DNA from: a virus
Lineage: Duplodnaviria > Heunggongvirae > Uroviricota > Caudoviricetes
Length of the DNA: 41,636 bases
Virus record (IMG/VR): IMGVR_UViG_2908567220_000009
Reading direction: 5' to 3' (one strand)
The number at the start of each line of letters is the position of its first letter. Positions within the stretch are counted from its first letter, which is position 1. Shown here one piece after another: positions 10,929-21,031 of the stretch. Below the pieces are notes generated by a model. It was not told the origin of the DNA. It searched no databases and saw nothing but the letters and a program-made list of their open reading frames with translations. Made by a program: the position numbers and the translations under genes.

Positions 10929-12500
10929 ATGGACACCTCACTTGCTCATGAGAATGCCCGCCTGCGGGCACTGTTGCAGACGCAACAGGACACCATCCGC
11001 CAGATGGCGAAATACAACCGCCTGCTCTCACAGCGGGTGGCGGCTTATGCTTCCGAAATCAACCGGCTGAAGGCGCTGGTTGCGAAACTGCAGCGCATGC
11101 AGTTCGGTAAAAGCTCAGAAAAACTTCGCGCTAAAACCGAACGGCAGATACAGGAAGCCCAGGAGCGAATCAGCGCACTTCAGGAAGAAATGGCGGAAAC
11201 GCTGGATGAGCAATATGACCCGGTACTGCCATCCGCCCTGCGCCAGTCTTCAGCCCGTAAGCCGTTACCGGCCTCACTTCCCCGTGAAACCCGGGTCATC
11301 CGGCCGGAAGAGGAATGCTGCCCGGCCTGTGGTGGTGACCTCAGTCCTCTGGGGTGTGATGTGTCAGAGCAACTGGAGCTTATCAGCAGCGCTTTTAAGG
11401 TTATCGAAACACAACGTCCGAAACTGGCCTGTTGCCGGTGCGACCATATCGTGCAGGCACCAGTACCTTCAAAACCCATTGCACGCAGTTATGCCGGAGC
11501 GGGGCTTCTGGCTCATATCGTCACCGGGAAGTATGCAGACCATCTGCCGTTATACCGCCAGTCAGAAATATACCTTCGTCAGGGCGTGGAACTGAGCCGC
11601 GCCACGCTGGGGCGCTGGACCGGTGCCGTTGCTGAACTGCTGGAGCCGCTGTATGACGTGCTGCGCCAGTATGTGCTGATGCCCGGTAAAGTCCATGCGG
11701 ATGATATCCCCGTTCCGGTCCAGGAGCCGGGCAGTGGTAAAACAAGAACTGCCCGGCTGTGGGTCTATGTCCGTGATGACCGTAACGCCGGTTCACAGAT
11801 GCCCCCGGCGGTCTGGTTCGCGTACAGCCCGGACCGGAAAGGTATCCATCCACAGAATCACCTGGCCGGTTACAGCGGTGTGCTTCAGGCAGATGCTTAC
11901 GGTGGTTACCGGGCGTTATACGAATCCGGCAGAATAACGGAAGCCGCGTGTATGGCCCATGCCCGGAGAAAAATCCACGATGTGCATGCAAGAGTGCCAA
12001 CCGACATCACCACGGAAGCCCTGCAGCGTATCGGTGAACTGTATGTCATCGAGGCAGAAGTCCGGGGATGTTCAGCAGAACAGCGTCTGGCAGCAAGAAA
12101 AGCCAGAGCGGCTCCACTGATGCAGTCACTGTATGACTGGATACAGGAACAGATGAAAACACTGTCGCGTCACTCGGATACGGCAAAAGCGTTCGCATAC
12201 CTGCTGAAACAGTGGGAGGCCCTGAACGTGTACTGCAGTAATGGCTGGGTGGAAATCGACAACAACATCGCAGAGAACGCCTTACGGGGAGTGGCCGTAG
12301 GCCGGAAAAACTGGCTCTTCGCGGGTTCCGACAGCGGTGGCGAACATGCGGCGGTGTTGTACTCGCTGATCGGCACATGCCGTCTGAACAATGTGGAACC
12401 AGAAAAATGGCTGCGTTACGTCATTGAGCATATCCAGGATTGGCCGGCAAACCGGGTACGCGATCTGTTGCCCTGGAAAGTTGATCTGACCTCTCAGTAA
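10929..12500 (+). CDS. IS66-family transposase (orfC/TnpC)
   Basis: 523 aa with an N-terminal leucine-zipper-like region, CxxC...CxxC zinc-finger motifs (CPACGG...CCRCDH) and a DDE-type core. Confidence 0.9.
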   Translation: MDTSLAHENARLRALLQTQQDTIRQMAKYNRLLSQRVAAYASEINRLKALVAKLQRMQFGKSSEKLRAKTERQIQEAQERISALQEEMAETLDEQYDPVLPSALRQSSARKPLPASLPRETRVIRPEEECCPACGGDLSPLGCDVSEQLELISSAFKVIETQRPKLACCRCDHIVQAPVPSKPIARSYAGAGLLAHIVTGKYADHLPLYRQSEIYLRQGVELSRATLGRWTGAVAELLEPLYDVLRQYVLMPGKVHADDIPVPVQEPGSGKTRTARLWVYVRDDRNAGSQMPPAVWFAYSPDRKGIHPQNHLAGYSGVLQADAYGGYRALYESGRITEAACMAHARRKIHDVHARVPTDITTEALQRIGELYVIEAEVRGCSAEQRLAARKARAAPLMQSLYDWIQEQMKTLSRHSDTAKAFAYLLKQWEALNVYCSNGWVEIDNNIAENALRGVAVGRKNWLFAGSDSGGEHAAVLYSLIGTCRLNNVEPEKWLRYVIEHIQDWPANRVRDLLPWKVDLTSQ

Positions 12501-12526
12501 ATATCAATACGGTTCTGGCGAGCCGC

Positions 12527-13129
12527 TTACCCATTATCCGTCAGCCACTCCACTGGAGACGACGGAAGATCGTTGCCGAAGCGGCGTTCCACCGCTCCCA
12601 GCATGACGTCCTGTACTGTTTCACTGTTGAAGCCGCCGGTAGTGACCGCCCAGTGCAGTGCCTCACGATCACAGCAGTCCAGCGCGAACGTGACACGCAG
12701 TCTCTCTCCGTTATCACAGCAGAACTCGAACCCGTCAGAGCACCATCGCTGATTGCTTTCTTTCACGGCCACTCTGCCTGTATGTGCCCGTTTCGATGGC
12801 GGTACAGCAGGTTTTCGCTCAAGCAACAGCGCATTCTGGCGCATGATCCGGTAAACACGTTTGGCATTGATCGCAGGCATACCATCAAGTTCTGCCTGTC
12901 TGCGAAGCAGCGCCCATACCCGACGATAACCATACGTGGGCAGCTCTCCGATAACATGGTGTATACGGAGAAGCACATCCGTATCATCAGTGTGACGACT
13001 GCGGCGGCCATCCATCCAGTCATCGGTTCGTCTGAGAATGACGTGCAACTGCGCACGCGACACCCGGAGACAACGGCTGACTAAGCTTACTCCCCATCCC
13101 CGGGCAATAAGGGCGCGTGCGCTATCCAC
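12527..13129 (-). pseudogene. insD: IS2 insD, N-terminal fragment
   Basis: [34 protein letters not shown]...VEWLTDNG, ending in a stop created at the IS66 junction. Confidence 0.9.
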
Positions 13130-13452
13130 TTTTTTGCCCGTCCATATTCAACGGCTTCTTTGAGGAGTTCATTTTCCATCGTTTTCTTGCCGAGCAGGCG
13201 CTGGAGTTCTTTAATCTGCTTCATGGCGGCAGCAAGTTCAGAGGCAGGAACAACCTGTTCTCCGGCGGCGACAGCAGTAAGACTTCCTTCCTGGTATTGC
13301 TTACGCCAGAGAAATAACTGGCTGGCTGCTACACCATGTTGCCGGGCAACGAGGGAGACCGTCATCCCCGGTTCAAAGCTCTGCTGAACAATTGCGATCT
13401 TTTCCTGTGTGGTACGCCGTCTGCGTTTCTCCGGCCCTAAGACATCAATCAT
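13087..13452 (-). CDS. insC: IS2 InsC (OrfA, HTH protein)
   Basis: 121 aa from [41 protein letters not shown]...; the ORF track extends it upstream by an alternative start. Confidence 0.9.
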
Positions 13453-13543
13453 CTGTTCTCCAATGACTAGTCTAAAAACTAGTATTAAGACTATCACTTA
13501 AATAAGTGATATTGGTTGTCTGGAGATTCAGGGGGCCAGTCTA

Positions 13544-13548
13544 CAATT
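13544..13548. repeat. 5-bp target-site duplication (CAATT) of IS2, right copy
   Basis: Identical to 9496-9500. Confidence 0.8.
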
Positions 13549-13823
13549 CAACTACAGCAATGCCTCGTATTTAGGTGAATTTACAATATCGTCCAGTTCG
13601 GATGCCGGCTGCATTTCTGAAGATAAGGCATTTCGGTTCGCGTATTTTCCCCTCATGCTCGTCAGTCCTGCGCGTAGTAAGAAACAGGACACTCACACTA
13701 ATTTGTGTGGGCATGCTGTGATGTCCTTCTGAATTATCCCCATGCCATTATGTAAAGCTCTGTTTCAGATGCTCGTCACGGTTGTCAGGCTGTCGGGTCC
13801 TCCCAGTGGGGGTCCCTGCCACG

Positions 13824-13835
13824 GGGCGGGAGCGT
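13824..13835 (+). other. candidate cosN (cohesive-end site) of the prophage
   Basis: ACG-GGGCGGGAGCGT-CGCGG versus lambda ACG-GGGCGGCGACCT-CGCGG: identical flanks and 8/12 core matches. It lies 195 bp upstream of the small-terminase start; in lambda cosN is 190 bp upstream of Nu1. Confidence 0.55.
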
Positions 13836-14018
13836 CGCGGAAAAAGGCTAGTTTTTGCATTTCCATGGCGGCGGCAGCATGTTTGGTAATTTATTGATAA
13901 TTAAAGTTATTTATCTTTTCACCTGTACAATATTTTTTTCTCCCTGTCATTAGACCAGTTTACAATTAATTGAAATATATAAATAAACATGATTTTCACC
14001 TGCCAGATGGAGTTGCTT

Positions 14019-14546
14019 ATGTCAAATGTGAGCGGGATCGGTGATGCTTATTACTGGAGTGTTTTTAAAATCGCTGAGGCCTTTGGGCTTCACCGGGACA
14101 CAGTAAAAAAACGGCTTCTCGCGGCCAACACTCCTGTGGCTGCGACTGTCAGGGGGAACCCCGTTTACGCCCTGCAGCATGTCGGGCCAGCCCTGTTTAG
14201 TGTGAAGCATGAGGCAGCAGACTCTGTTCATGATCCATCCCGTATGGAGCCGAAAGAGAGAAAGGACTGGTACCAGTCTGAAAATGAAAGGATCAAGCTG
14301 GAAAAGGAGCAGCGAAAACTCATCCCCGTTGATGAAGTAGTCATCGTCTATTCGTCCATGAGAAAGGCTGTCGTCCAGGTTCTGGAGACAATTCCGGATG
14401 TTCTTGAACGCGATTGCGCCCTGACTCCTCAGGCCGTCGGCGTTGTACAGCAGGCAATTGATGACCTGCGATACACTCTTCAGGAAAAATCCTACGAGGC
14501 TTGTGCTGCTGAATTAATTCCTGATGAGGAAGGAGAGAGTCTCTAG
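14019..14546 (+). CDS. nohA: terminase small subunit (Nu1 homolog)
   Basis: MSNVSGIGDAYYWSVFKIAEAFGLHRDTVKKRLLAANTPVA... has an N-terminal HTH and sits directly before the terminase large subunit. Matches what I recall of K-12 NohA/NohQ. Confidence 0.85.
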   Translation: MSNVSGIGDAYYWSVFKIAEAFGLHRDTVKKRLLAANTPVAATVRGNPVYALQHVGPALFSVKHEAADSVHDPSRMEPKERKDWYQSENERIKLEKEQRKLIPVDEVVIVYSSMRKAVVQVLETIPDVLERDCALTPQAVGVVQQAIDDLRYTLQEKSYEACAAELIPDEEGESL

Positions 14547-14554
14547 GAGGAATA

Positions 14555-16653
14555 ATGGGTTTTTCATCAGCCCGAAATTTGGGAAGGGACATATCGGCAG
14601 GATTTTCCCCACCACGTCGCATGCCGATTTCGGAGGCTGTTAAAAAATTCATGCGTGTTCCCAAGGGGGCTGGTAACTCGGTGCCAGGGATCCTGAACTG
14701 ACACCCTACATCATTGAGCCCATGAACTGCCTGGCATCGCGTGAATACGATGCGGTGATTTTTGTTGGTCCTGCGCGAACAGGGAAGACCATTGGTCTGA
14801 TCGATGGATGGATTGTCTATACCATCGTTTGCGATCCTTCGGACATGCTCGTTGTGCAGATGACCGAAGATAAGGCCCGCGAGCATTCTAAAAAGCGCCT
14901 CGACAGAACGTTCAGAAGCAGTGCGGCGGTAAAGAAAAGAATGAGTCCACGTCGTAACGACAATAATGTCCATGATAAGACGTTCAGGGATGGCTCGTTC
15001 CTTAAAATTGGTTGGCCCTCGGTCAACATTATGTCGTCGTCGGATTACCGGTTTGTCGCCTTAACCGATTACGACCGTTTTCCGGAGAATATCGACAGCG
15101 AGGGTGATGGTTTCTCCCTGGCCTCAAAACGTACCACCACATTTATGTCCGCCGGGATGACTCTGGTGGAGAGCTCGCCGGGACGTGACATCTGCGACAG
15201 CAAATGGCGACGTAAGTCGCCTCATGAAGCGCCACCGACGACTGGTATTCTTTCCCTTTACAATCGTGGTGACCGCCGCCGCTGGTACTGGTCATGTCCG
15301 CACTGCGGTGAATATTTTCAGCCAGCCATGGATGCCATGACCGGCTACCGTAATGAACCGGATCCCTTTAAAGCCAGTGAGGCGGCGTATCTACTTTGCC
15401 CGCACTGCAGCGGCATTATCACTGCGGAGAAAAAGCGTGAGCTCAATAGTGCAGGAGTCTGGTTGCGTGAAGGTCAGGTCATTGATCGTAACGGCAACGT
15501 TTCCGGTGAACCGCGCCGCTCCCGTATCGCCAGTTTCTGGATGGAAGGGCCAGCTGCTGCGTATCAGACCTGGGCGCAACTGGTTTACAAATTACTGACT
15601 GCAGAACAGGAGTATGAAGCGACAGGAAGCGAAGAAACACTCAGGGCGGTTATCAACACCGACTGGGGATTGCCTTATCTTCCTCGTGCCAGCATGGAGC
15701 AACGAAAAAGTGAACTGCTTGAGCAGCGGGCAGAGCCAGTTCCTTCCCGCAGTGTGCCGGATGGCATTAATTTCCTTGTGGCGACAGTGGATGTGCAGGC
15801 GGGACGTCATCGCCGTTTTGTGGTTCAGGTAACGGGCTATGGCAGTCGTGGCGAACGCTGGATTATTGATCGTTACAACATCACGCAGTCATTGCGCAGT
15901 GACTGCGACGGGGAGAGCCAGCGAATTGATCCGGCCAGCTATCCGGAAGACTGGGATGTCCTGCTGACGGATGTTTTTCATAAAAGCTGGCCGCTGGCCT
16001 CCGATCCTTCTCAACAAATGCGACTGATGGCAATGGCGGTGGACTCCGGCGGTGAAGACGGGGTCACTGATAATGCCTATAAATTCTGGCGTCGTTGCCG
16101 TCGTGATGGCCTTGGTAAACGTATTTACCTGTTTAAGGGTGACAGCATCCGGCGCGCAAAACTGATCAGCCGTACATTCCCTGATAACACCGGACGAACG
16201 GGCCGCCGGGCGCAGGCCGCAGGTGATGTGCCGCTCTGGCTTCTTCAGACGGATGCCCTGAAAGACCGGGTGAATAACGCGTTATGGCGTGACTCGCCAG
16301 GTCCAGGCTATGTGCATTTCCCTGACTGGCTGGGGAGCTGGTTTTACGACGAACTGACGTATGAAGAGCGAAGCAGTGACGGGAAATGGAGTAAGCCGGG
16401 TCGCGGTGCCAACGAAGCTTTTGACCTGATGGTGTATGCCGAGGCTCTGGTCATTCTGCATGGATACGAAAAGATCCGCTGGCCGGATGCACCGGAGTGG
16501 GCGAGCCGGGAAACCTGGCTGGAGTGTGTCCAGGACAGTACCGAACCGTCATCCTCACCGGAACCGGTATCCACGCCTGTTAAAAAACAAAAACGGAAGA
16601 AAACAGTAACTGACGATGTTAACCCCTGGCTGACTTCCGGAGGATGGTTATGA
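14555..16653 (+). pseudogene. terminase large subunit (lambda gpA family) interrupted by a frameshift near 14681-14700
   Basis: ATG at 14555 with a strong RBS (AGGAGG) encodes 48 aa ending at a TGA (14699-14701). The remaining 643-aa frame (annotated from 14722, open from 14677) is displaced by one nucleotide. Homology to lambda gpA is continuous across the break (VPKGAGNS / RDPELTPYIIEPMNCLAS versus lambda LPKESAYQEGRWETLPFQRAIMNAMGS). Confidence 0.8.
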
Positions 16654-16862
16654 ACCAGAATGATATCGAAGCCATGATTCAGCGTTATACGGAAGCTGAA
16701 ATGGCGGTGCTGGACGGAAAATCCGTCACTTTTAATGGTCAGCAGATGACCATGGAAAACTTATCTGAGATCCGGCAGGGGCGGCAGGAGTGGGAGCGCC
16801 GCCTTGCGGCTCTGATTACACGACGACGGGGGCATCCCGGGTACCGGCTGGCGAGGTTCTGA
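16650..16862 (+). CDS. head-tail joining protein (lambda gpW-like)
   Basis: About 70 aa with C-terminus ...RRRGHPGYRL resembling lambda W ...RRRGPAGFYV; located between terminase and portal. Confidence 0.7.
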   Translation: MNQNDIEAMIQRYTEAEMAVLDGKSVTFNGQQMTMENLSEIRQGRQEWERRLAALITRRRGHPGYRLARF

Positions 16863-18370
16863 TGGCAATTCTTGATGATGTGATTGGCGTTTTTTCACCA
16901 GGATGGAAAGCGGCAAGGCTGCGTTCCCGTGCGGTGATCCAGGCTTATGAGGCCGTAAAAACGACGCGGACACACAAAGCCCGACGGGAGAACCGAACTG
17001 CCGACCAGTTAAGCCAGTACGGGGCCGTGTCGTTACGTGAGCAGGCCCGTTACCTTGATAACAACCACGATCTGGTCATTGGTGTATTTGACAAGCTGGA
17101 AGAACGGGTGGTGGGGAAAAACGGGATTATTGTCGAGCCACATCCGGTATTACGCAATGGGGCCATTGCCCGTGATCTGGCTGCGGAGATACGCACCCGA
17201 TGGAGTGAATGGTCTGTCAGTCCGGAAGTCACCGGGCAGTTTACCCGTCCGATGCTGGAACGTCTGATGCTGCGTACCTGGCTGCGCGATGGTGAGGTGT
17301 TTGCCCAGATGGTTTCCGGGCGCATAAACAGCCTGACGCCTTCTGCCGGTGTTCATTTCTGGCTGGAGGCGCTCGAGCCAGACTTTATTCCCATGACCAG
17401 TGATGAGAGCAACAGGCTGAATCAGGGCGTGTTTGTTGATGACTGGGGGCGTCCCGAAAAATATCTGGTGTATAAAAGCCGTCCCGTATCCGGACGGCAG
17501 ATGGAAACCAAAGAAGTGGATGCAGAGCGAATGCTGCATCTTAAATTTGTTCGCCGTCTGCACCAGATGCGCGGGACGTCTTTATTGTCCGGTGTGCTGA
17601 TCCGCCTCAGTGCTCTGAAAGAGTATGAAGATTCTGAGCTGACTGCAGCAAGGATCGCCGCTGCTCTGGGGATGTACATCCGGAAAGGCGACGGGCAGAG
17701 CTATGAAGCGGATGGTAATGGCAGCAAGGATAAGGAACGCGAGCTTACCATTCAGCCAGGCATTATTTACGATGATCTGAAACCCGGCGAAGAAATCGGA
17801 ATGGTGAAGTCGGATCGCCCCAATCCTAACCTTGAAACTTTTCGTAATGGTCAGTTGCGTGCCGTGGCGGCGGGCAGTCGTCTGAGTTTTTCCAGTACAG
17901 CGCGCAACTATAACGGCACTTACAGCGCCCAGCGTCAGGAGCTGGTTGAATCCACTGATGGCTACCTGATCCTGCAGGACTGGTTTATTGGTGCCGTCAC
18001 CCGCCCGATGTATCGTGCCTGGCTGAAACAGGCTGTGGCATCCGGTGTTATCAGGCTACCCCGCGATCTTGACCGTTCTTCACTGTATACCGCGGTGTAT
18101 TCCGGACCGGTGATGCCGTGGATTGACCCTGTTAAGGAGGCTGAGGCCTGGAAAATCCAGATTCGTGGTGGAGCGGCGACAGAATCAGACTGGGTACGTG
18201 CTGGTGGTCGTAATCCGGATGATGTCAAACGTCGGCGCAAGGCCGAAATTGATGAAAACCGCAAGCTGGATCTGGTATTTGATACCGATCCGGCCAGTGA
18301 TAAAGGAGGCAGCAGTGCCGCAACGAAACGACAGGAGCCGCAGCACACCGACGACCAGTCCGAAGAATAA
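16862..18370 (+). CDS. portal protein (lambda gpB family)
   Basis: 502 aa from MAILDDVIGVFSPGWK...; position after W and before the protease. The ORF track starts it earlier at an alternative codon. Confidence 0.85.
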   Translation: MAILDDVIGVFSPGWKAARLRSRAVIQAYEAVKTTRTHKARRENRTADQLSQYGAVSLREQARYLDNNHDLVIGVFDKLEERVVGKNGIIVEPHPVLRNGAIARDLAAEIRTRWSEWSVSPEVTGQFTRPMLERLMLRTWLRDGEVFAQMVSGRINSLTPSAGVHFWLEALEPDFIPMTSDESNRLNQGVFVDDWGRPEKYLVYKSRPVSGRQMETKEVDAERMLHLKFVRRLHQMRGTSLLSGVLIRLSALKEYEDSELTAARIAAALGMYIRKGDGQSYEADGNGSKDKERELTIQPGIIYDDLKPGEEIGMVKSDRPNPNLETFRNGQLRAVAAGSRLSFSSTARNYNGTYSAQRQELVESTDGYLILQDWFIGAVTRPMYRAWLKQAVASGVIRLPRDLDRSSLYTAVYSGPVMPWIDPVKEAEAWKIQIRGGAATESDWVRAGGRNPDDVKRRRKAEIDENRKLDLVFDTDPASDKGGSSAATKRQEPQHTDDQSEE

Positions 18371-18383
18371 TTCCTGGTTCAGG

Positions 18384-20342
18384 ATGCAGGCTGGTCACCA
18401 GAGTGACGCGGATATTTATATTTATGACGAGATTGGTTTCTGGGGTGTTACAGCGAAGCAGTTTATCAGTGATCTGAATGCACTGGGCGATATCACCCAC
18501 ATTAATCTCCATATTAATTCACCGGGTGGCGATGTCTTTGAAGGCATCGCCATTTTTAATGCGCTGAAAACACATGGTGCGTCCATTACCGTTTATGTCG
18601 ACGGTGTGGCGGCGTCAATGGCGTCGGTCATTGCGATGGTGGGAAACCCGGTCATTATGCCGGAAAACACCTTCATGATGATTCATAAACCATTTGGCTT
18701 TACGGGCGGTGATGCGGAGGACATGCGCACCTATGCCGACCTGCTCGATAAAGTTGAGGCGGTTCTGTTACCCGCTTATGCACAGAAAACCGGGAAAACC
18801 ACCGATGAAATTGCTGCCATGCTGGCGGATGAGACCTGGATGTCCGGTGCCGAATGTCTGGCACATGGATTTGCTGATCAGGTGACACCAGCCGTTAAGG
18901 CAATGGCATGTATTCAGTCAAAACGTACAGAGGAATTTAAAAAGATGCCGGAATCCATTCGAAATATGATTACTCCGCCACGCAACAGTGCTCCACGCGT
19001 ACAGGATGATGGACCTGCAGCCTCCCGGACGCCAGTGCAGGCAGCAGCACCCGTGGTGGATGAAAACAGCATCCGTGCGCAGGTCCTGGCAGAGCAAAAA
19101 GCGCGTGTAAACGGTATTAATGATCTGTTTGCCATGTTTGGCGGGCGTTATCAGTCGTTGCAGGCTCAGTGTCTTGCCGATCCTGAATGTTCGCTGGAGC
19201 AGGCCCGCGAAAAGCTGTTGAACGAGATGGGGCGCGAGTCCACGCCATCCAATAAAAATACCCCGGCTCATATTTATGCCGGTAACGGTAATTTTGTGGG
19301 GGACGGGATCCGCCAGGCGCTGATGGCGCGCGCCGGGTTTGAAAAAACCGAACGTGATAATGTCTACAACGGGATGACCCTGCGTGAATATGCCCGTATG
19401 TCACTGACTGAACGTGGTATTGGTGTTTCCGGTTATAACCCGATGCAGATGGTCGGTGCGGCGTTCACACACAGTACGTCTGACTTCGGTAATATTCTGC
19501 TGGATGTTGCGAACAAAGCCATTCTGCAGGGCTGGGAAGATGCCCCTGAAACCTATGAACAGTGGACGCGGAAAGGTCAGTTGTCTAATTTTAAAATTGC
19601 CCATCGTGTGGGTATGGGGGGCTTCAGTGCTCTGCGTCAGGTGCGTGAAGGGGCAGAATATAAATACGTCACCACCGGAGATAAACAGGCCACTATTGCA
19701 CTGGCGACCTATGGCGAGCTGTTCAGTATCACCCGTCAGGCCATTATCAATGATGATCTGAATATGCTGACCGATGTCCCGATGAAGCTGGGCCGTGCGG
19801 CGAAATCCACTATTGCCGATCTGGTTTATGCCATTCTGACGTCTAACCCGAAAATCTCCACAGATAATGTAAGTCTGTTCGATAAAGCGAAACATGCAAA
19901 CGTACTGGAGAGCGCGGCAATGGACGTGGCATCGCTGGATAAAGCCCGCCAGTTGATGCGCGTTCAGAAAGAGGGGGAGCGTCATCTGAATATTCGTCCT
20001 GCGTTCGTACTGGTACCGACGGCGATGGAGTCTGTTGCTAACCAGGTCATTCGCTCCTCAAGTGTCAAGGGGGCTGACATTAACGCCGGTATTATTAACC
20101 CGGTGAAAGATTTTGCGACCGTTATTGCAGAGCCTCGTCTTGATGATAACAGCCAGACCACCTTCTACCTGGCTGCGTCAAAAGGCTCCGATACGATTGA
20201 AGTGGCTTATCTCAACGGTGTGGATACGCCATATATTGATCAGATGGAGGGCTTCAGTGTGGATGGCGTGACAACGAAAGTGCGTATTGACGCCGGTGTC
20301 GCGCCAGTTGATCACCGCGGTCTGGTGAAATGTACGGCGTAA
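18384..20342 (+). CDS. prohead protease (ClpP/S49-like) fused to major capsid protein
   Basis: 653 aa from MQAGHQ.... The N-terminal ~200 aa are ClpP-like (HINSPGGDVFEGIAIFNALK..., GVAASMASVIAMVG); the C-terminal ~330 aa are capsid-like. A strong terminator follows. Confidence 0.8.
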   Translation: MQAGHQSDADIYIYDEIGFWGVTAKQFISDLNALGDITHINLHINSPGGDVFEGIAIFNALKTHGASITVYVDGVAASMASVIAMVGNPVIMPENTFMMIHKPFGFTGGDAEDMRTYADLLDKVEAVLLPAYAQKTGKTTDEIAAMLADETWMSGAECLAHGFADQVTPAVKAMACIQSKRTEEFKKMPESIRNMITPPRNSAPRVQDDGPAASRTPVQAAAPVVDENSIRAQVLAEQKARVNGINDLFAMFGGRYQSLQAQCLADPECSLEQAREKLLNEMGRESTPSNKNTPAHIYAGNGNFVGDGIRQALMARAGFEKTERDNVYNGMTLREYARMSLTERGIGVSGYNPMQMVGAAFTHSTSDFGNILLDVANKAILQGWEDAPETYEQWTRKGQLSNFKIAHRVGMGGFSALRQVREGAEYKYVTTGDKQATIALATYGELFSITRQAIINDDLNMLTDVPMKLGRAAKSTIADLVYAILTSNPKISTDNVSLFDKAKHANVLESAAMDVASLDKARQLMRVQKEGERHLNIRPAFVLVPTAMESVANQVIRSSSVKGADINAGIINPVKDFATVIAEPRLDDNSQTTFYLAASKGSDTIEVAYLNGVDTPYIDQMEGFSVDGVTTKVRIDAGVAPVDHRGLVKCTA

Positions 20343-20366
20343 ACGTCGCAGACAACAACTCTGATG

Positions 20367-20385
20367 GCCCGTAAGGGCTTTTTTT
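20367..20385 (+). terminator. rho-independent terminator after the capsid gene
   Basis: GCCC-GTAA-GGGC hairpin followed by seven T residues. Confidence 0.6.
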
Positions 20386-20428
20386 GTACCTGAAATCAGC
20401 CCCTGAACGGGGCTGTGCGGAGACAGTT

Positions 20429-20752
20429 ATGGCAAAGAATTTTGTAGAAGAAGGAAAAACGGTGGCGATTGTTGCCAGTGCAGCCATCAGCAGCGGAGAT
20501 CTGGTGCAGGTGGGCGATGTTTTTGCGGTGGCGCTGACCGATATTCCACAGGGTGAAACAGGCGACGGCATGACCGAAGGTGTGTTTATGCTGCCTAAGC
20601 TGAAAACGGATGACATGAAAACGGGTAAGAAGGTTTATCTGAAGTCCGGAAAAGTTCAGCTGACTAACAGCGGCTCTGATCCGCTGGTCGGGGTTGTCTG
20701 GGCAGATGCCGGAACCAGTGCAGAAGAAGTGCCGGTAAAACTCAATGTCTGA
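20429..20752 (+). CDS. small head-associated protein (putative decoration/cement protein)
   Basis: 108 aa from MAKNFVEEGKTVAIV...; RBS GGAG upstream; position equivalent to lambda D/FI between capsid and FII. Confidence 0.5.
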   Translation: MAKNFVEEGKTVAIVASAAISSGDLVQVGDVFAVALTDIPQGETGDGMTEGVFMLPKLKTDDMKTGKKVYLKSGKVQLTNSGSDPLVGVVWADAGTSAEEVPVKLNV

Positions 20753-21020
20753 TCCCTTTTCCCGGCTGGCAGCGCGTATGGATGCGATCACGGTCAGAAA
20801 GATGGGAAAGACAGCCTCGATTAATGATGTCGATATGACTGTGATCCCGGGAGAAACACTGGCAGAGCTGAATGCTCTGTCCGGACCTGCGGTCTCTCTG
20901 GTGGTGTTTTCTTCGGGATACCGCCCACGGCGCGGGGATCGCGTTGTTTATGACGGACAACAATGGACGGTCACACGGCATGAACGTTTTAACGGTAAGC
21001 CAATGATCTTTATTGAGTAA
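20745..21020 (+). CDS. head-tail joining protein (lambda gpFII-like)
   Basis: 91 aa; the C-terminal RRGDRVVYDGQQWTV resembles lambda FII RRGDTLTIGEENFWV; gene order fits. Confidence 0.6.
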   Translation: MSDPFSRLAARMDAITVRKMGKTASINDVDMTVIPGETLAELNALSGPAVSLVVFSSGYRPRRGDRVVYDGQQWTVTRHERFNGKPMIFIE

Positions 21021-21031
21021 AGAGGTGTGGG

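Larger units (their letters stand above)
9827..12530 (+). mobile_element. IS66-family insertion sequence (2704 bp; IS679/ISEc8-like three-ORF organisation)
   Basis: Termini GTAACCGTCTC... and ...GCCGCTTAC (imperfect inverted repeats starting GTAA); orfA-orfB-orfC organisation; flanked by an 8-bp duplication. Confidence 0.85.
9501..13543 (-). mobile_element. IS2 (1331 bp) disrupted by a nested 2704-bp IS66-family insertion
   Basis: Ends match the IS2 inverted repeats (TGGATTTGCCCCTATATTTCCAGACATCTGTTATCACTTAA at 9501; revcomp of TAGACTGGCCCCCTGAATCTCCAGACAACCAATATCACTTAA ending at 13543). IS2-derived DNA totals 326 + 1005 = 1331 bp. insC is intact; insD is split. Confidence 0.9.

Noticed and set aside
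14677-14701. Possibility that the terminase frameshift is a programmed recoding site
   Set aside because: No slippery heptamer or downstream structure in the overlap, and programmed frameshifting is not established for GpA terminases; a mutation or sequencing error is far more likely.
14341-14973. 210-aa minus-strand ORF overlapping nohA and the terminase 5' end
   Set aside because: Antisense to two well-supported packaging genes, with no independent support.
20396-20415. 7-bp-stem hairpin (CAGCCCC-TGAAC-GGGGCTG) just upstream of the small head-protein gene
   Set aside because: It has no T-run, so it is not a terminator. It could modulate translation of the downstream gene, but there is no supporting evidence beyond the fold.
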